Below are positions 1-10,623 of a stretch of 19,680 nucleotides of DNA, piece by piece. A program made the translations under genes and the position numbers. The stretch's first letter is position 1; the number at the start of each line of letters is the position of its first letter. Origin of the DNA: an uncultured bacterium (lineage in GTDB: Bacteria; SAR324; NAC60-12); NCBI GenBank assembly GCA_965662845.1, contig CBFIJD010000031.1:19266-38945 (forward strand), read 5' to 3'. A model generated the notes under the pieces. The model did not search any database. It saw only the letters and a list, made by a program, of their open reading frames with translations, and was not told the DNA's origin.

Positions 1-2478
1 CATCTGCTCCGATGGCAGCCGAGACGCACGAGACGCCGACACAAGCGCACCGGTTTCCAAAAACTCGATGGCCGCCGCTAACACCGTGTCTTCTGCCGGA
101 CTGCTCGGAGCTGCTCCCTCTACACGCTGATCTGGAATCACGCCCACTTCGTGCCACGAGTCACCCTTAGGAGAGAGCAACTCAAACGAGGTGATAAAGA
201 CGCCGCTGCCGTCCAATAGGTCAACAACGCTCTGCCCCACACCTTTGCCATAGGTGGCGTCGCCCATGATGGTCGCCAAATTCCAGTCTTGTAGCGCGGC
301 GGAGGTGACCTCAGAAGCAGACGCAGAGCCGCCATCCGTCAGCACCACCAACGTGGTCGCGTCGTAGCTGCCCGCATCAGAATCGTAGTTCAGGCCAAAG
401 CGATACGGGGTTCCCCCGCTCTGGGTTTGAAACGTAAAGAGGATCTCTCCATCCACAGAAGCGTTCCCCAAATAGTCGGTCAACTCCAGCGCCCCCAGCA
501 AGCTCCCGCCACCATTTTGACGCAGATCCAAAATCAGCGCTTCAGGAGTGCTTCCAGAGAGCAAAAGTTCCTCAAAATCCTGCCTCACGTTGTCGCCGCT
601 AACCGTCGTGTATTCGCGCAAGTTGAGATATGCGATTTGGTTGTTCGTGCCCAAGCGACGTGAGAGATGGGTCTCCGAGGCCGTCTCCAGCGTCTGAATT
701 GCGCCGTCGCGCGCTATCGTGAGCACCGTCGCCTCGGCTTCTGCAGAAGGTAACAGAGCGCGCACTTCGGCGACGGTCAGGCCGCTGATGGTGACGCCAT
801 CGACGGCGGTGATCTGATCGCCGACCCGCAAACCATCCCACCAAGCGCGGGTGTAAGGAAAGATCGCGTCGACGGCAAACGGGTTGCTCGCGCTGATGAC
901 CGCTTCACTGTCGTTCACCGCGTAGCTGAAGCCGATGTAAGAGCGCGCGCCCGACAGCGACTGGGTGGTCTCTTCGTAAGCCACAGGCTCAAAATAATAG
1001 GAAAAGCGATCGTTTTGATTCACCACCGCGACGTAATCTTGCACGCTGTTGAGGTTGTCCAAGTTGGCCGGCAAATAGGCCGGGCGGTAGTGCGTTTGCT
1101 GAAACGACACACAGCCCTGCGCGAGGATCAAATCCACGGTTTGTGGGAAGGTGCTGCGCTGGCACTCAGGGTCATACAGCTCCACCATATCTTGGATAGA
1201 TTGTACGGTGCTCGCGTTATTGGCCACGGTCTCGGCCAAGGTCGCGTCGTAGGTCAGCGTGATGTCGTCGCCTGTCTGCTCTGTCAACTGTCCTTGAAAA
1301 GCCAACGGCGAACGGCGCAGGATGAAGCGCTGATCTTCCGAGAAGGTCTCTTGGTTCCCATCCGGCCAAGATGTCCAGAACATGATGTTTTCTGCGCCTT
1401 GTCCGAGGCACTCCTCCGCGCTGACCGAGCCGTTGCTGTTTGTGTCAAACTGCGCGAGGTCACACTCTGGGGTGTCATCTAACGGATCAAACTCCGTCCC
1501 GTCCTCTTCTGTCGGGTGCCACAAACCAAGCAGATGTCCGGCCTCGTGCACCACCGTCTCCGCCAGCAGCTCTGTATCTAAACGCTGACTGAAGAGGCCA
1601 CTTTGATGCGCGCTCACGCTCACCAAAACACCATTCCACTCGCTCGCAATGCCAAGAGAGCCGGGAATTCCCGCCGCGATGCCCAGCACGCCGCCAAACT
1701 GAAAATCGTCTACCAAGAAGATGTTGACCGCATCGGCGCGCCCTTGCTGTAGCAGCGTCTGCGTCGTGGTGTCGCTGAAGCTACTGGAGACGACCGCATA
1801 CTGCGTGCTCAAACTGAGCGGCTCTGCGATGGTCACCGAGAGCTCATTTTGCGTGTAAATCTCCGCAATGCGCGCCAGCACGGTGCTCAAGTCACTCGGC
1901 GCAGAAGTCGTCAAATAAGGCTGCAGCAAGAGCGTCGCGTTGTCGCTCTCACGCAGATCTTCCCGCAGCGTCAACCGCACGTCGTTCGCTCCGCTGATTT
2001 CATAGCGCCACGTGCCGGCTTCGGGCAAAATGTCTGGCCGCATCGGGACTAAGTAATTGTCGTAGCTGCCGTTCCCAAAACTCGTGATCCCTGCCGCCTT
2101 CGAGTCCAGATAAGCCAACTCTTCTCGTCCAGAGGGGCTGGTCAAGGAGACAATCTGCGCACGGGAATCGCTGAACGCAGACAACAAAAACGAGGTCGCG
2201 TTGTCATGCACCACAAACGTACCCGTGGCAGGATCGCTCAGTTTCAACACCTGCGTGTGAGAGGTGTGGGTTGTGTTGTCCGTCGTGCCCACCGCAACGA
2301 TCACGTCCTCGGCCTCGGTGTTCAGCTCCTCTTCCGCGAGTCCATCAGGCGGCGCCGTTTGCGTCTGGTTGTCGTTGGATTGGTCGCTCTCAAGGAAGTT
2401 TCCGCAAGAAGCCAGTAAAAGGGCGGCGCACCAAGGCGCCAGAAGCCGTCGGAAGGTAGCAGTCAAAGGAGTACTCAA
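1..2478 (-). CDS. Lipoprotein fusing a metzincin (M43-like) zinc metalloprotease domain to a PDZ + S41 (CtpA/Prc-like) serine protease; 3' end truncated by window edge
   Basis: Read by hand: the minus frame has no stop from 2520 down to 1. Probable TTG start at 2478 (alternative 2466) gives MSTPLTATFRRLLAPWCAALLLASC, lipobox Cys at 2404-2406. HEAGHLLGLWH at 1548-1516; Met-turn NIMFW (Met 1381-1383); PDZ-like IGFSY...GLRVGDQITAVDG (~940-790); LILDLRQNGGG (537-505); DGGSASASE (336-310); GDATYGKG (264-241). Confidence 0.88.
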   Translation of the reverse strand, partial: MSTPLTATFRRLLAPWCAALLLASCGNFLESDQSNDNQTQTAPPDGLAEEELNTEAEDVIVAVGTTDNTTHTSHTQVLKLSDPATGTFVVHDNATSFLLSAFSDSRAQIVSLTSPSGREELAYLDSKAAGITSFGNGSYDNYLVPMRPDILPEAGTWRYEISGANDVRLTLREDLRESDNATLLLQPYLTTSAPSDLSTVLARIAEIYTQNELSVTIAEPLSLSTQYAVVSSSFSDTTTQTLLQQGRADAVNIFLVDDFQFGGVLGIAAGIPGSLGIASEWNGVLVSVSAHQSGLFSQRLDTELLAETVVHEAGHLLGLWHPTEEDGTEFDPLDDTPECDLAQFDTNSNGSVSAEECLGQGAENIMFWTSWPDGNQETFSEDQRFILRRSPLAFQGQLTEQTGDDITLTYDATLAETVANNASTVQSIQDMVELYDPECQRSTFPQTVDLILAQGCVSFQQTHYRPAYLPANLDNLNSVQDYVAVVNQNDRFSYYFEPVAYEETTQSLSGARSYIGFSYAVNDSEAVISASNPFAVDAIFPYTRAWWDGLRVGDQITAVDGVTISGLTVAEVRALLPSAEAEATVLTIARDGAIQTLETASETHLSRRLGTNNQIAYLNLREYTTVSGDNVRQDFEELLLSGSTPEALILDLRQNGGGSLLGALELTDYLGNASVDGEILFTFQTQSGGTPYRFGLNYDSDAGSYDATTLVVLTDGGSASASEVTSAALQDWNLATIMGDATYGKGVGQSVVDLLDGSGVFITSFELLSPKGDSWHEVGVIPDQRVEGAAPSSPAEDTVLAAAIEFLETGALVSASRASRLPSEQM

Positions 2479-2491
2479 GGAAGGAGCGACG

Positions 2492-3463
2492 TCACATAGA
2501 GTGACGATATTGCATGGTTTTCAGGAAGATGTTGGCGCGGTCGGGAAAGTCGGTGAACACTCCATCTACTCCCGCTTCGTAATAAAACATCCGCAGCCAC
2601 TCCTCAAAAGAAGGGACATAGCTCGGCAGGGTGTCTGCGCGCAGCGTGTAGGTGTGCACCTGTAGTCCCAGCGCGTGGGCGTCTTTCACTAGCGTGGTCA
2701 GACGGGGCGCTCCAGAAGACCGCCTCCCCAACAGAACATGCCCAGTCCACACGGCGACCCCCTCTACGTAGTCGGCGAGGGTGCGGAGCCCTTCGGCGCT
2801 TTTCCAGTGCTCATAGTCGGCGGCGCTCTCTTGCCACGAATTTTCGCCCAAGAGCTGTAGCAGCCGCAGCTCTGTTCGGAACTCGTAGCGCAGGCGTCGC
2901 ACCTCTTGCACATCAAAGCTCTCTAACCAAACAGGGCTCTCAGGCTTGCCAAAACCATAGCTCTGCACAACGCTGAGGGTTTGGTGCGTCAGGTCAAACC
3001 CCTGCTCTCGGTGCCACGCGGGGCTCTTGATTTCCAGCAGCAATTTGACTTGGCGTCCCGTGGACTTGTTCAGGCCTTGGATCAGTTCAATCACTTCGGC
3101 GAGGGTAGGAATTGAAAAGTGAGCAAACTCTGGTGGGAACCGGTTTGGATAGGCAGGCTTTCCCGAAAAATCCAAGCGTTCGTGGACGCGCAACAACCGC
3201 AGCTCGTCGAGGGTAAAGTCGAGCGCATAGTGCAATTCATCCTCACGAGAGCGCCCCAAAAAGCGTTGCCCCACGTCGGTCAAGCGATCCAAGTGCAGGT
3301 CGTGCATGACGATCGGGACGCCGTCTTGAGACAAAATGACGTCCACTTCAATCAAATCACAGCCGAGTCCGTGGGCCATCGCCAGTGAGGCCAGCGTGTT
3401 CTCTGGCAAGTATCCAGAAGCGCCACGGTGTGCGATTACCCATTTGCTTTGTCCATTACCCAT
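2492..3463 (-). CDS. glpQ: Glycerophosphodiester phosphodiesterase (GDPD/GlpQ family)
   Basis: IAHRGASGYLPENT, IEVDV...DGVPIVMHD, LLEIK, GLQVHTYT, GVDGVFTDFPD motifs. ATG at 3463 is preceded by AGGAG and is preferred over the ORF-track start at 3517. Confidence 0.9.
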   Translation of the reverse strand: MGNGQSKWVIAHRGASGYLPENTLASLAMAHGLGCDLIEVDVILSQDGVPIVMHDLHLDRLTDVGQRFLGRSREDELHYALDFTLDELRLLRVHERLDFSGKPAYPNRFPPEFAHFSIPTLAEVIELIQGLNKSTGRQVKLLLEIKSPAWHREQGFDLTHQTLSVVQSYGFGKPESPVWLESFDVQEVRRLRYEFRTELRLLQLLGENSWQESAADYEHWKSAEGLRTLADYVEGVAVWTGHVLLGRRSSGAPRLTTLVKDAHALGLQVHTYTLRADTLPSYVPSFEEWLRMFYYEAGVDGVFTDFPDRANIFLKTMQYRHSM

Positions 3464-3583
3464 TCCCGACTCCTGTGATTGACTAACAAAGGAAGGAGAG
3501 GCGTCTCTCTGAGACAACGCCTCTTACGATCATCGCATCAGGGGCAATGGGGAAGCAAGCGGGAAGATTGCAGGCCGAAAGAC

Positions 3584-6043
3584 TCAGGACGCCTGCCTGT
3601 CCTCGTGAAACGGCAGGGCCTGTGGCTCTGGCATTTGGAAGAAGTTGTCGATCTCGTTTTGCGAGGAGAGTTGTGCTTGCTTGAGCTGGAACCGTGAGAC
3701 CACTCGCCGCAAATTCTCTGCTTGTTCCGAGAGTTGATCCGAGAGCTGCTGCGTTTCACCAGAGACTGTCGCGTTCTGATTCGCGATCTCTTCCAACATG
3801 TTGAGCCCCTCTTTGATCTGCCGGATGCCGTTGCTCTGGCTCTTGCTGGAGGCCGAGATCTCTTCGATGATTTGGGAGACCTGGTCAATGTCTCGCACAA
3901 GCTGCTTCATCGCTTCCGCTGTGGAGGTGGCATAATTGCGACCTTCATCGACCCGTTGCTGTGAGTTCTGGATCAATTTCACGGTCTCTTTCGCTGCTTT
4001 CCCAGAACGTTCAGCCAGCTCTCGCACCTCATTCGCGACCACCGCGAAGCCCTTCCCGTGCTCGCCAGCACGCGCCGCCTCGATGGCTGCGTTGAGCGCC
4101 AGCACGTTGGTTTGAAAGGCAATGTCTTCGATGGTCTTCACAATCTTCGAGATGTCTTCACTCGACTCTGTGATGCGCTCCATCGCGGTCAGCAGCGTCC
4201 CCATTTGCTCATCGTTTTGCAGCACGCTCTTGCGCGCTCGGGTAGCCAGCCCTGTCGCGGTCTCTGCGCTCTGCGCGTTGATCAGCGCTTGCTCGTCGAT
4301 GTGCTGTGAGGACGCCGTAATTTCGACCAAAGCCGCCGCCTCTTCGTTCACGCGCTTCGAGAGGTCTGAGCTGGCTTGCGCGATGTGCACGGAGCTTCCC
4401 GCGACCTGCTCGGACGTATGCTGCACCTCGGAGAGCATTTGGTTCAGCCCGCTGAGAATCATCACCAGCGCATTGCTGATCACATCGCGGTCGTCTTGGT
4501 TACGAATTTCGGCGGTCAGGTCGCCGGAGGCGATCTGCTGCAACGTGTGCACGGTGACGTTCTGCAAGGAGTTCGCAAAGTCGTTCATCGTGTTGGTCAT
4601 CTGACCAATTTCATCTTTGGTCGAGACCTCCAGCCGCGTATCTAGGTGCCCGCGACTAATCTCTTGAATCATGCCAATCGCCCGCAGAATGGGCTGGGTG
4701 AAGCGCCCTGAGAAGTAGAAGGTCATCAGCGCTGAGATCAAACAGATGCCCAATGACGTAAGCGCGATCTGCAAGCTCAACGCGTTCGGCTCGGTGTTGA
4801 TTTCAGCCGTCTGAATCTCTGCGAGGATGCCCCAGTTCACGCCTGCGATGCTCAGCGGCGCATACGCCCCAATCACCTCACGGCCCAGATAGTTTTCATA
4901 GATGCCAGACCCTTCTTCGCCTTGGGTTGCGGCCTTGGCGCCTTCGGTGTTCGCGGTTTGATACAAGATCGCTTTTCGCTTCTGTTGAATCTGCGGCAGA
5001 TCTCCAGCGGCGGCTCCCAGCTCCGAGAGATCGTCCAGATATTGTTCTGGCTCTTCAATCAGGGGACGCGGGTCGCTGCGCATCGTGAAGTCATTGGCAA
5101 TCAGATAGGTCTCGCCCGTGTCTCCCTGCCCCACATCTTTCCAGCGGCCCCCAGACGTCATGATGTCGTTCAGGCTCCGAATCGGGATCTGGAAGATCAA
5201 CACCCCCACATTTTTGTTGCCTCGGCTGCTGAACACCGGCGCGACCATGAACGCGGTGGCGTCGTCATACGAAGCAAAGTACGGCTCAAAGTCCACGAAG
5301 CGCACATCGTTCGGGTCTTCTGTCTGGCTCACCTCGGCGACGACTTGCGACAGCTGAGTGCGCGCCAAGAAGCCTTCACGCATGGAAGCGCCAAAATCTA
5401 TGCGCTTCTCGACGGTATACAGAATGCGTCCGGTCTCGGACTCCACCAAGATGATGTCGCTATAGCCAAAGAGCTGCCGATAGCCCACAAACGTCGGATG
5501 AAACTTGCGGTGCCCTGCGCCATACATGGCGAAGCCGTCTGGTCGCTCCATTTTGTAGCGTTCGTTGGGTGGGTTCTCATTCTGCACAATGAACGCATGC
5601 TGCAACGCAACGGCGGTGTCATCCAAAAAGGTGACCAGCCCCGTCGTTTGTGGAGACTGTCCATTGTTATACCGGCGATATTCTTCAGAAAATTCACTCT
5701 CGTAATAGCTCGCTAACTCGGCGCGCATTTGCCGAAGCGTCGCGTCATCAAATTCGTTCTCTTCTACATAATTTTTGAAGCTCGAGTTGAGCCCGATCAA
5801 CGTCTTGAACACCACCTCATCTTGGGCCAAGAAGCGGATTTGATCGCGATAGAACCGGAATTGATCTTCGATCTGCTTGCGCTTGGTCTCGCGTGTCGAA
5901 ATCAAACTCTGAGCCGCCTGATCCTCCAGCGCGTCATAGATTTTGAAGATACTCACGCTTCCAAGAACAATGATGGAGAACAGCAACGAGCCCAAAACCA
6001 ACATAATCATTTTGGACTGAATGCCGCCGAATTGAATGCGCAT
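3584..6043 (-). CDS. Methyl-accepting chemotaxis protein (TM - large Cache-like periplasmic sensor - TM - HAMP - signalling domain)
   Basis: Signalling hairpin [47 protein letters not shown] motif ...STKDEIGQM; two TM helices; Cache-like [13 protein letters not shown]...WGILAEI. ATG at 6043 (MRIQFGG) is preceded by AAGGA. Confidence 0.93.
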   Translation of the reverse strand: MRIQFGGIQSKMIMLVLGSLLFSIIVLGSVSIFKIYDALEDQAAQSLISTRETKRKQIEDQFRFYRDQIRFLAQDEVVFKTLIGLNSSFKNYVEENEFDDATLRQMRAELASYYESEFSEEYRRYNNGQSPQTTGLVTFLDDTAVALQHAFIVQNENPPNERYKMERPDGFAMYGAGHRKFHPTFVGYRQLFGYSDIILVESETGRILYTVEKRIDFGASMREGFLARTQLSQVVAEVSQTEDPNDVRFVDFEPYFASYDDATAFMVAPVFSSRGNKNVGVLIFQIPIRSLNDIMTSGGRWKDVGQGDTGETYLIANDFTMRSDPRPLIEEPEQYLDDLSELGAAAGDLPQIQQKRKAILYQTANTEGAKAATQGEEGSGIYENYLGREVIGAYAPLSIAGVNWGILAEIQTAEINTEPNALSLQIALTSLGICLISALMTFYFSGRFTQPILRAIGMIQEISRGHLDTRLEVSTKDEIGQMTNTMNDFANSLQNVTVHTLQQIASGDLTAEIRNQDDRDVISNALVMILSGLNQMLSEVQHTSEQVAGSSVHIAQASSDLSKRVNEEAAALVEITASSQHIDEQALINAQSAETATGLATRARKSVLQNDEQMGTLLTAMERITESSEDISKIVKTIEDIAFQTNVLALNAAIEAARAGEHGKGFAVVANEVRELAERSGKAAKETVKLIQNSQQRVDEGRNYATSTAEAMKQLVRDIDQVSQIIEEISASSKSQSNGIRQIKEGLNMLEEIANQNATVSGETQQLSDQLSEQAENLRRVVSRFQLKQAQLSSQNEIDNFFQMPEPQALPFHEDRQAS

Positions 6044-6190
6044 AATGCGTTCCTTGACTGAGGTGGCAGAGAGAATCAAAGAAAGTAGCGACGTTGGAGT
6101 GCAAGAATTAAACAAGCGCAGTACAAAATCTTTACCTGTCCCAAAACATGAGACCGTTCTCCACGGAAAAAAACGATTGGGCCAAGGGGC

Positions 6191-6214
6191 TTATCAGCTT
6201 TTTGTTAGATTTTA
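6191..6214 (-). promoter_or_regulatory. Possible sigma28 (FliA)-type promoter for the MCP
   Basis: Minus strand reads TAAA-atctaacaaaaa-GCTGATAA. The -10 is a 7/8 match to GCCGATAA, but the TAAA spacing is 12 nt instead of the canonical 15. Confidence 0.3.
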
Positions 6215-6403
6215 GTTAAGACCTCTCTCTGCGTGTCACAATCGCTTTGCTCACCACAGCGGCACGCGGCTTGCGCTTCTCTGTGAGCCTCGCGACAATC
6301 TCCGCCTGCCCAAGTGGGGTTTGCCCACGTGTAGCGTTCCACAGCGGGATCGTGCGCGCCTTCGAGCACGCACGCGTCTCCTCACCTTTAGATCACCGAC
6401 ACC

Positions 6404-8800
6404 ATGCCTCAACTAGATTGGCGTTCCTTGCTGCCGCAGCATCTGCCGTGGGAGGTCTGGAACGCGTCTTCGTTTCAAGCAGAGCATCTCAGCGCCCTCT
6501 TCATCTGGAGCATGCTCTCGCTCTGCCTCGTGATGTTGCTGCAAGTCGCGTTGCGCTTCCGGCAAACCAACCAAGCGCTGGGGCAGCTTCGCCAAACCGT
6601 CCGCGCGTTCCCAAGCGAGCAGCCGCCGCCCCCAGCCTTCCACAGCCTGTGGTCGCACTTCCTGCAGCGTCATGTGCGCGCCTTGCCAGAGGCACCACCG
6701 AGGAGTGACCTTGAACCCGCCTACGTGTTCTCGTGGGAAGCCCTCGCGCCAGCCTTCGCCAACAATCGCTTGTATGCGGCGATGCCCGGCATCTTTACCG
6801 CGCTGGGCGTGCTAGGGACCTTTGTGGGGCTACAGCTTGGGCTGAAGAGCATCGACCTCACACAGCGCGTCACCGATCAACAGATTCAGCCCCTGATTCA
6901 GGGAGCCGCGGTCGCCTTCTCCACCTCCGTGTGGGGCGTGGTCACCAGCGTGCTGTTCAACGTGCTAGAGAAAAATCTGGAGCGCCGTCTGCGTCAGAGA
7001 GTCCAAGCTGTCCAAGCGCTTTTGGCCGAGACCTTCCCCTTGCAAACCGCAGAAGCGCTGCTGTGGGAGGTCCACTCCCGCTTGGAGCAGGTTGAGACGC
7101 ACGCGGCGGTGCCTGCGCAACACACACCGGAGATGTTGCGGATTTTTCAGCACTTAGAAGCCTTGGCGCTGACCGCCGTCGAAGAGAAGCATCAGTCCGT
7201 GGAAGAGCGCGTCGCCCAAAGCATCGACCGCTTCACAGAAGCGCTCTGGGCCACAGGACAACAGCAACAGGAGCTGATCGGGCGCAGCACCGACGCCCTC
7301 GAACGCGGCGCCCAAGCCATGCACCAAGAGATGTCGACCTTCCTGCGAGAGTTTGATCAGCGCGTGCAACGCTGGAGCGCTGAGCACGAGCACATGAGCG
7401 ACCTCTCCCAGAACCTCATCCAGCACAGCGCGCAGCTGCTGCAGCAAGAGCAGACCACCTCCCAGCTGCTGAACGAATCCAGCGAGCAGTTGACCAAGTC
7501 CGCAAAGTCTCTGCAAAAGGCCACCCAAGCCCTAGAGAGTCACCACACGCAGCTCGAGCAAGTCTCGGGGAGCTTCGGCAAACGCATCGAGAAGGCTGCC
7601 GCGCAGGTCGCCTCTAGCGCAGACCTCAACGCTCGCGCCGCAGAGACGTTCCAAAAGACACAGCAAGAGCTAGAGCCGCTGCGATCGCAGTTTCAAGACT
7701 TGCAGCGCACCGTGCGCAACGACACGCAGGAGCTGGGCGCCCAGTTCGGCAAGCTGGTCAAACAGCTCGCGCGTCACGTTGAGAATCTCGAAGACCAATA
7801 CCAGCAGAACCAACACGACGTCGCGCAAGTGCTACAAGACCACCAAGAGCTGACCAAGCAGCAGCTGACCGCACAGCAGGCGCTGGACTCCACCACGCAA
7901 CAGCTCCAGCACTCCGCAGCCATGCTGTCCGCCGCGTCCAGTGAGCTGGCGCAGTTCCGTGACGCCGTTCACGATTCGGTCGCGCAGTGGTCACAGCAAC
8001 AGGCGCAAGCCGAGACGCTGCGGCAACAGACAGCAGAACAAAACCAACACGCTCTCCAAACGCAGCAACACATCAGCGAACAGCTCACCGGGATCGTGCG
8101 ACAAACCGACGCCGTCGGGCGCTATTTAGAGACGCTCGGACAAACCCTAGACGGTAGCGTCCGCAACTTGGGCACCCACCTGAACGGCTTCGTGGATCGT
8201 TTTGGCGGCAAGATCGAAGACTGGACACGCGGGCAAGACTCACAACACAAAGAGGTCGAGCAGCTCCTCCAGCGCAACCAAGAGACCGCGCGGCTGATGC
8301 GTGACGCCCAACAACACATGGAGCGCATCGCCCGCGCGGTCGAGACCACCTCCGGGAAGTTCGCCAGCTCCACCAGCAACCTCGACACGCTCAGCTCGCG
8401 GCTGGGACATGCCAGCGAGAGCCTCGGGCGCAAGCAAGTCGAAGCCGCCCGCGTGACCGACAACGCCGCTCAGCGCAACCAGCAAGTCGCCGAAGATTTC
8501 CGCAAGCTGTTCATGGAGTTAGACGGGCTACGCCGCGATTTTCAATCCACGCAAGCCGCGCTGAAGTCGTCGGGACAGCAGGCAGGAGACTCTTTCCAGC
8601 GCCTCGTCACAGCCCAAACCGAGATGCTCGACGGCTGGAACCGCCAAATGGAGCGCTTGTCGTTGCAGCTCACGGAGCAGACGCCCAAGCTGCATCAGTC
8701 GATGGAAGCCTTTGCCCAGATGGTGGAAGTCTTGCGACAAGTCTCGCTGTTGGCACGAAACCTGCCGGAGGGGAGCATGACTAGCGGGCGGGAGGTCTGA
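6404..8800 (+). CDS. zorA: ZorA-like protein (MotA/TolQ/ExbB-type channel with long cytoplasmic helical tail), 798 aa
   Basis: Three TM segments with ZorA-type signature NRLYAAMPGIFTALGVLGTFVGLQLGL and LIQGAAVAFSTSVWGVVTSVLFNVLEK, followed by a ~600-aa Q/E/L/A-rich helical tail. TGATG overlap with the downstream MotB-like gene. Confidence 0.85.
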   Translation: MPQLDWRSLLPQHLPWEVWNASSFQAEHLSALFIWSMLSLCLVMLLQVALRFRQTNQALGQLRQTVRAFPSEQPPPPAFHSLWSHFLQRHVRALPEAPPRSDLEPAYVFSWEALAPAFANNRLYAAMPGIFTALGVLGTFVGLQLGLKSIDLTQRVTDQQIQPLIQGAAVAFSTSVWGVVTSVLFNVLEKNLERRLRQRVQAVQALLAETFPLQTAEALLWEVHSRLEQVETHAAVPAQHTPEMLRIFQHLEALALTAVEEKHQSVEERVAQSIDRFTEALWATGQQQQELIGRSTDALERGAQAMHQEMSTFLREFDQRVQRWSAEHEHMSDLSQNLIQHSAQLLQQEQTTSQLLNESSEQLTKSAKSLQKATQALESHHTQLEQVSGSFGKRIEKAAAQVASSADLNARAAETFQKTQQELEPLRSQFQDLQRTVRNDTQELGAQFGKLVKQLARHVENLEDQYQQNQHDVAQVLQDHQELTKQQLTAQQALDSTTQQLQHSAAMLSAASSELAQFRDAVHDSVAQWSQQQAQAETLRQQTAEQNQHALQTQQHISEQLTGIVRQTDAVGRYLETLGQTLDGSVRNLGTHLNGFVDRFGGKIEDWTRGQDSQHKEVEQLLQRNQETARLMRDAQQHMERIARAVETTSGKFASSTSNLDTLSSRLGHASESLGRKQVEAARVTDNAAQRNQQVAEDFRKLFMELDGLRRDFQSTQAALKSSGQQAGDSFQRLVTAQTEMLDGWNRQMERLSLQLTEQTPKLHQSMEAFAQMVEVLRQVSLLARNLPEGSMTSGREV

Positions 8801-9563
8801 TGTTGCGTCGTTCGCCGCTCTCTACGCCCGCTGCCGAAGAAGAGAATCCGTATTGGCTTTCGTTCTCAGACATGATGGCCGGCTTGCTCGCCATCTTCCT
8901 GCTCGTACTGGCCTCGCTGCTGATTCAGTTCAAAAAGAACATCGAGCTGCAGGAGCACACCACCGATCAGGTCGAGCGCGCCCTCCGCAGCCTCGTCGAG
9001 GTCGAGGACTTGCGGCAGCGCATCCTGCAAGACATCCAGAACCAGCTGCGACCGCAAGGCATCTTCGTCGAAATCGACGGCCCCATGCTGGTGATTCCAA
9101 ACCGCCAGATCGCCTTTGAACGCGGCGAAGCGACCCTCTCTCTCGAAGGCGAGCGCATCTTGCGACGCATTGGCGAAGCGACCGCCTCTGCGTTGCAGAG
9201 ACACGACGGCTACGCGCACCTCGACACCATCTTCGTCGAAGGACACACCGACAGCCGCCAAATGACAGACGAAGATGGCATGGGCAACTGGCGTTTGTCT
9301 GCCAATCGCGCGGTCGCCGTGCTCCATTTTTGGCAAGAAGCAACGGAGACGCGAGAGCTGTTCCAGCGCAAAAACGCCGCCGGAGAGCCGCTGCTCTCCG
9401 TGAGTGGCTACGCCGACACGCGCCGCGCACGCCCCGAAGAGCGCACCGCCGCCGACTACGAGGCCAACCGCCGCATCAACCTGCGCTTTCAGTTGCGTCC
9501 GGTTGTGAGCGACGACCTGCGTCGGGTGCTACAAGAACTTCAAACATCGCAACAAGGACCAAC

Positions 9564-9567
<4 letters not shown>
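8800..9567 (+). CDS. zorB: ZorB-like MotB/OmpA peptidoglycan-binding motor subunit, 255 aa
   Basis: EENPYWLSFSDMMAGLLAIFLL single TM with the conserved ion-binding Asp (D24, 8869-8871). OmpA-like C-domain VEGHTD...NWRLSANRA...SGYADTR...NRRINLRF. Confidence 0.87.
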
Positions 9568-10019
<452 letters not shown>

Positions 10020-10041
10020 ACCCTCAAGCAAGCACACACAC

Positions 10042-10623
10042 ATGAATTTTCGTGGACATTTCAATGGTGGCGTGGTCGCTGGCGGGCTCGCCGTCGGTGT
10101 CGCGCTCGGCACCCAATACGTACATTTGCAACCGGAGGACTGGCAGCAGTTCACGCAGCACCCCTTCGCCTTGGAGGGCAACATCCAAACGCTGCTGAGC
10201 GTCTTCGCAACGGCGCTCTTCATGGCCTTGTTCCCCGACTTAGACACCACCTCTGTGCCGCAGCGCTGGTTCTTCCGCGGCATGTTCGTGCTGTTAGCCG
10301 TGCTGTATTTTCAGCAGCGCATGGAGCTGTTCTGCTTGCTCGCGTTTGTCTCGCTGATGCCCGTGATGCACAAGCACCGTGGCTGGACGCACTGGAAGAT
10401 CACGCCGTGGCTGATCGCGGTTTTTCTGGCGATGGTCTGGGAATATTTCCGAGTCAAAGAGGCGTGGGTGGAAGAGTTTTCGTGGGATAACGTCTGGCGG
10501 TGGATGCAAGAATATTGGATCTATGTCTTCGCCTGCGTGATTGGCCACTACACCCACTTGCTGCTCGACTCCCGCAAAATTCGCTGGTTGCCGTTTGTGG
10601 CCAACTCCACCAAACATCACTAG
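10042..10623 (+). CDS. Membrane-bound metal-dependent hydrolase (YdjM-like)
   Basis: N-terminal GH, LFPDLD, HRGWTH and GHYTHLLLD motifs separated by hydrophobic segments. Confidence 0.8.
   Translation: MNFRGHFNGGVVAGGLAVGVALGTQYVHLQPEDWQQFTQHPFALEGNIQTLLSVFATALFMALFPDLDTTSVPQRWFFRGMFVLLAVLYFQQRMELFCLLAFVSLMPVMHKHRGWTHWKITPWLIAVFLAMVWEYFRVKEAWVEEFSWDNVWRWMQEYWIYVFACVIGHYTHLLLDSRKIRWLPFVANSTKHH

Noticed and set aside
138..2665. Short ORF-track entries across 138-2665
   Set aside because: Shadow ORFs of the long minus-strand protease gene and of glpQ.
3443..3463. MGNGQSK N-myristoylation-like motif on GlpQ
   Set aside because: This is a eukaryotic modification signal; a chance match in a bacterial enzyme is most likely.
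7000..8800. ZorA tail as an MCP signalling domain
   Set aside because: It is helical and Q/S/A-rich but lacks the conserved [17 protein letters not shown] hairpin that the real MCP in this window has.
9330..9563. N-terminal extension of Dtd in the ORF track (229 aa)
   Set aside because: It overlaps zorB out of frame. The canonical MRTVVQRV start at 9564 has an RBS and an ATGA overlap.
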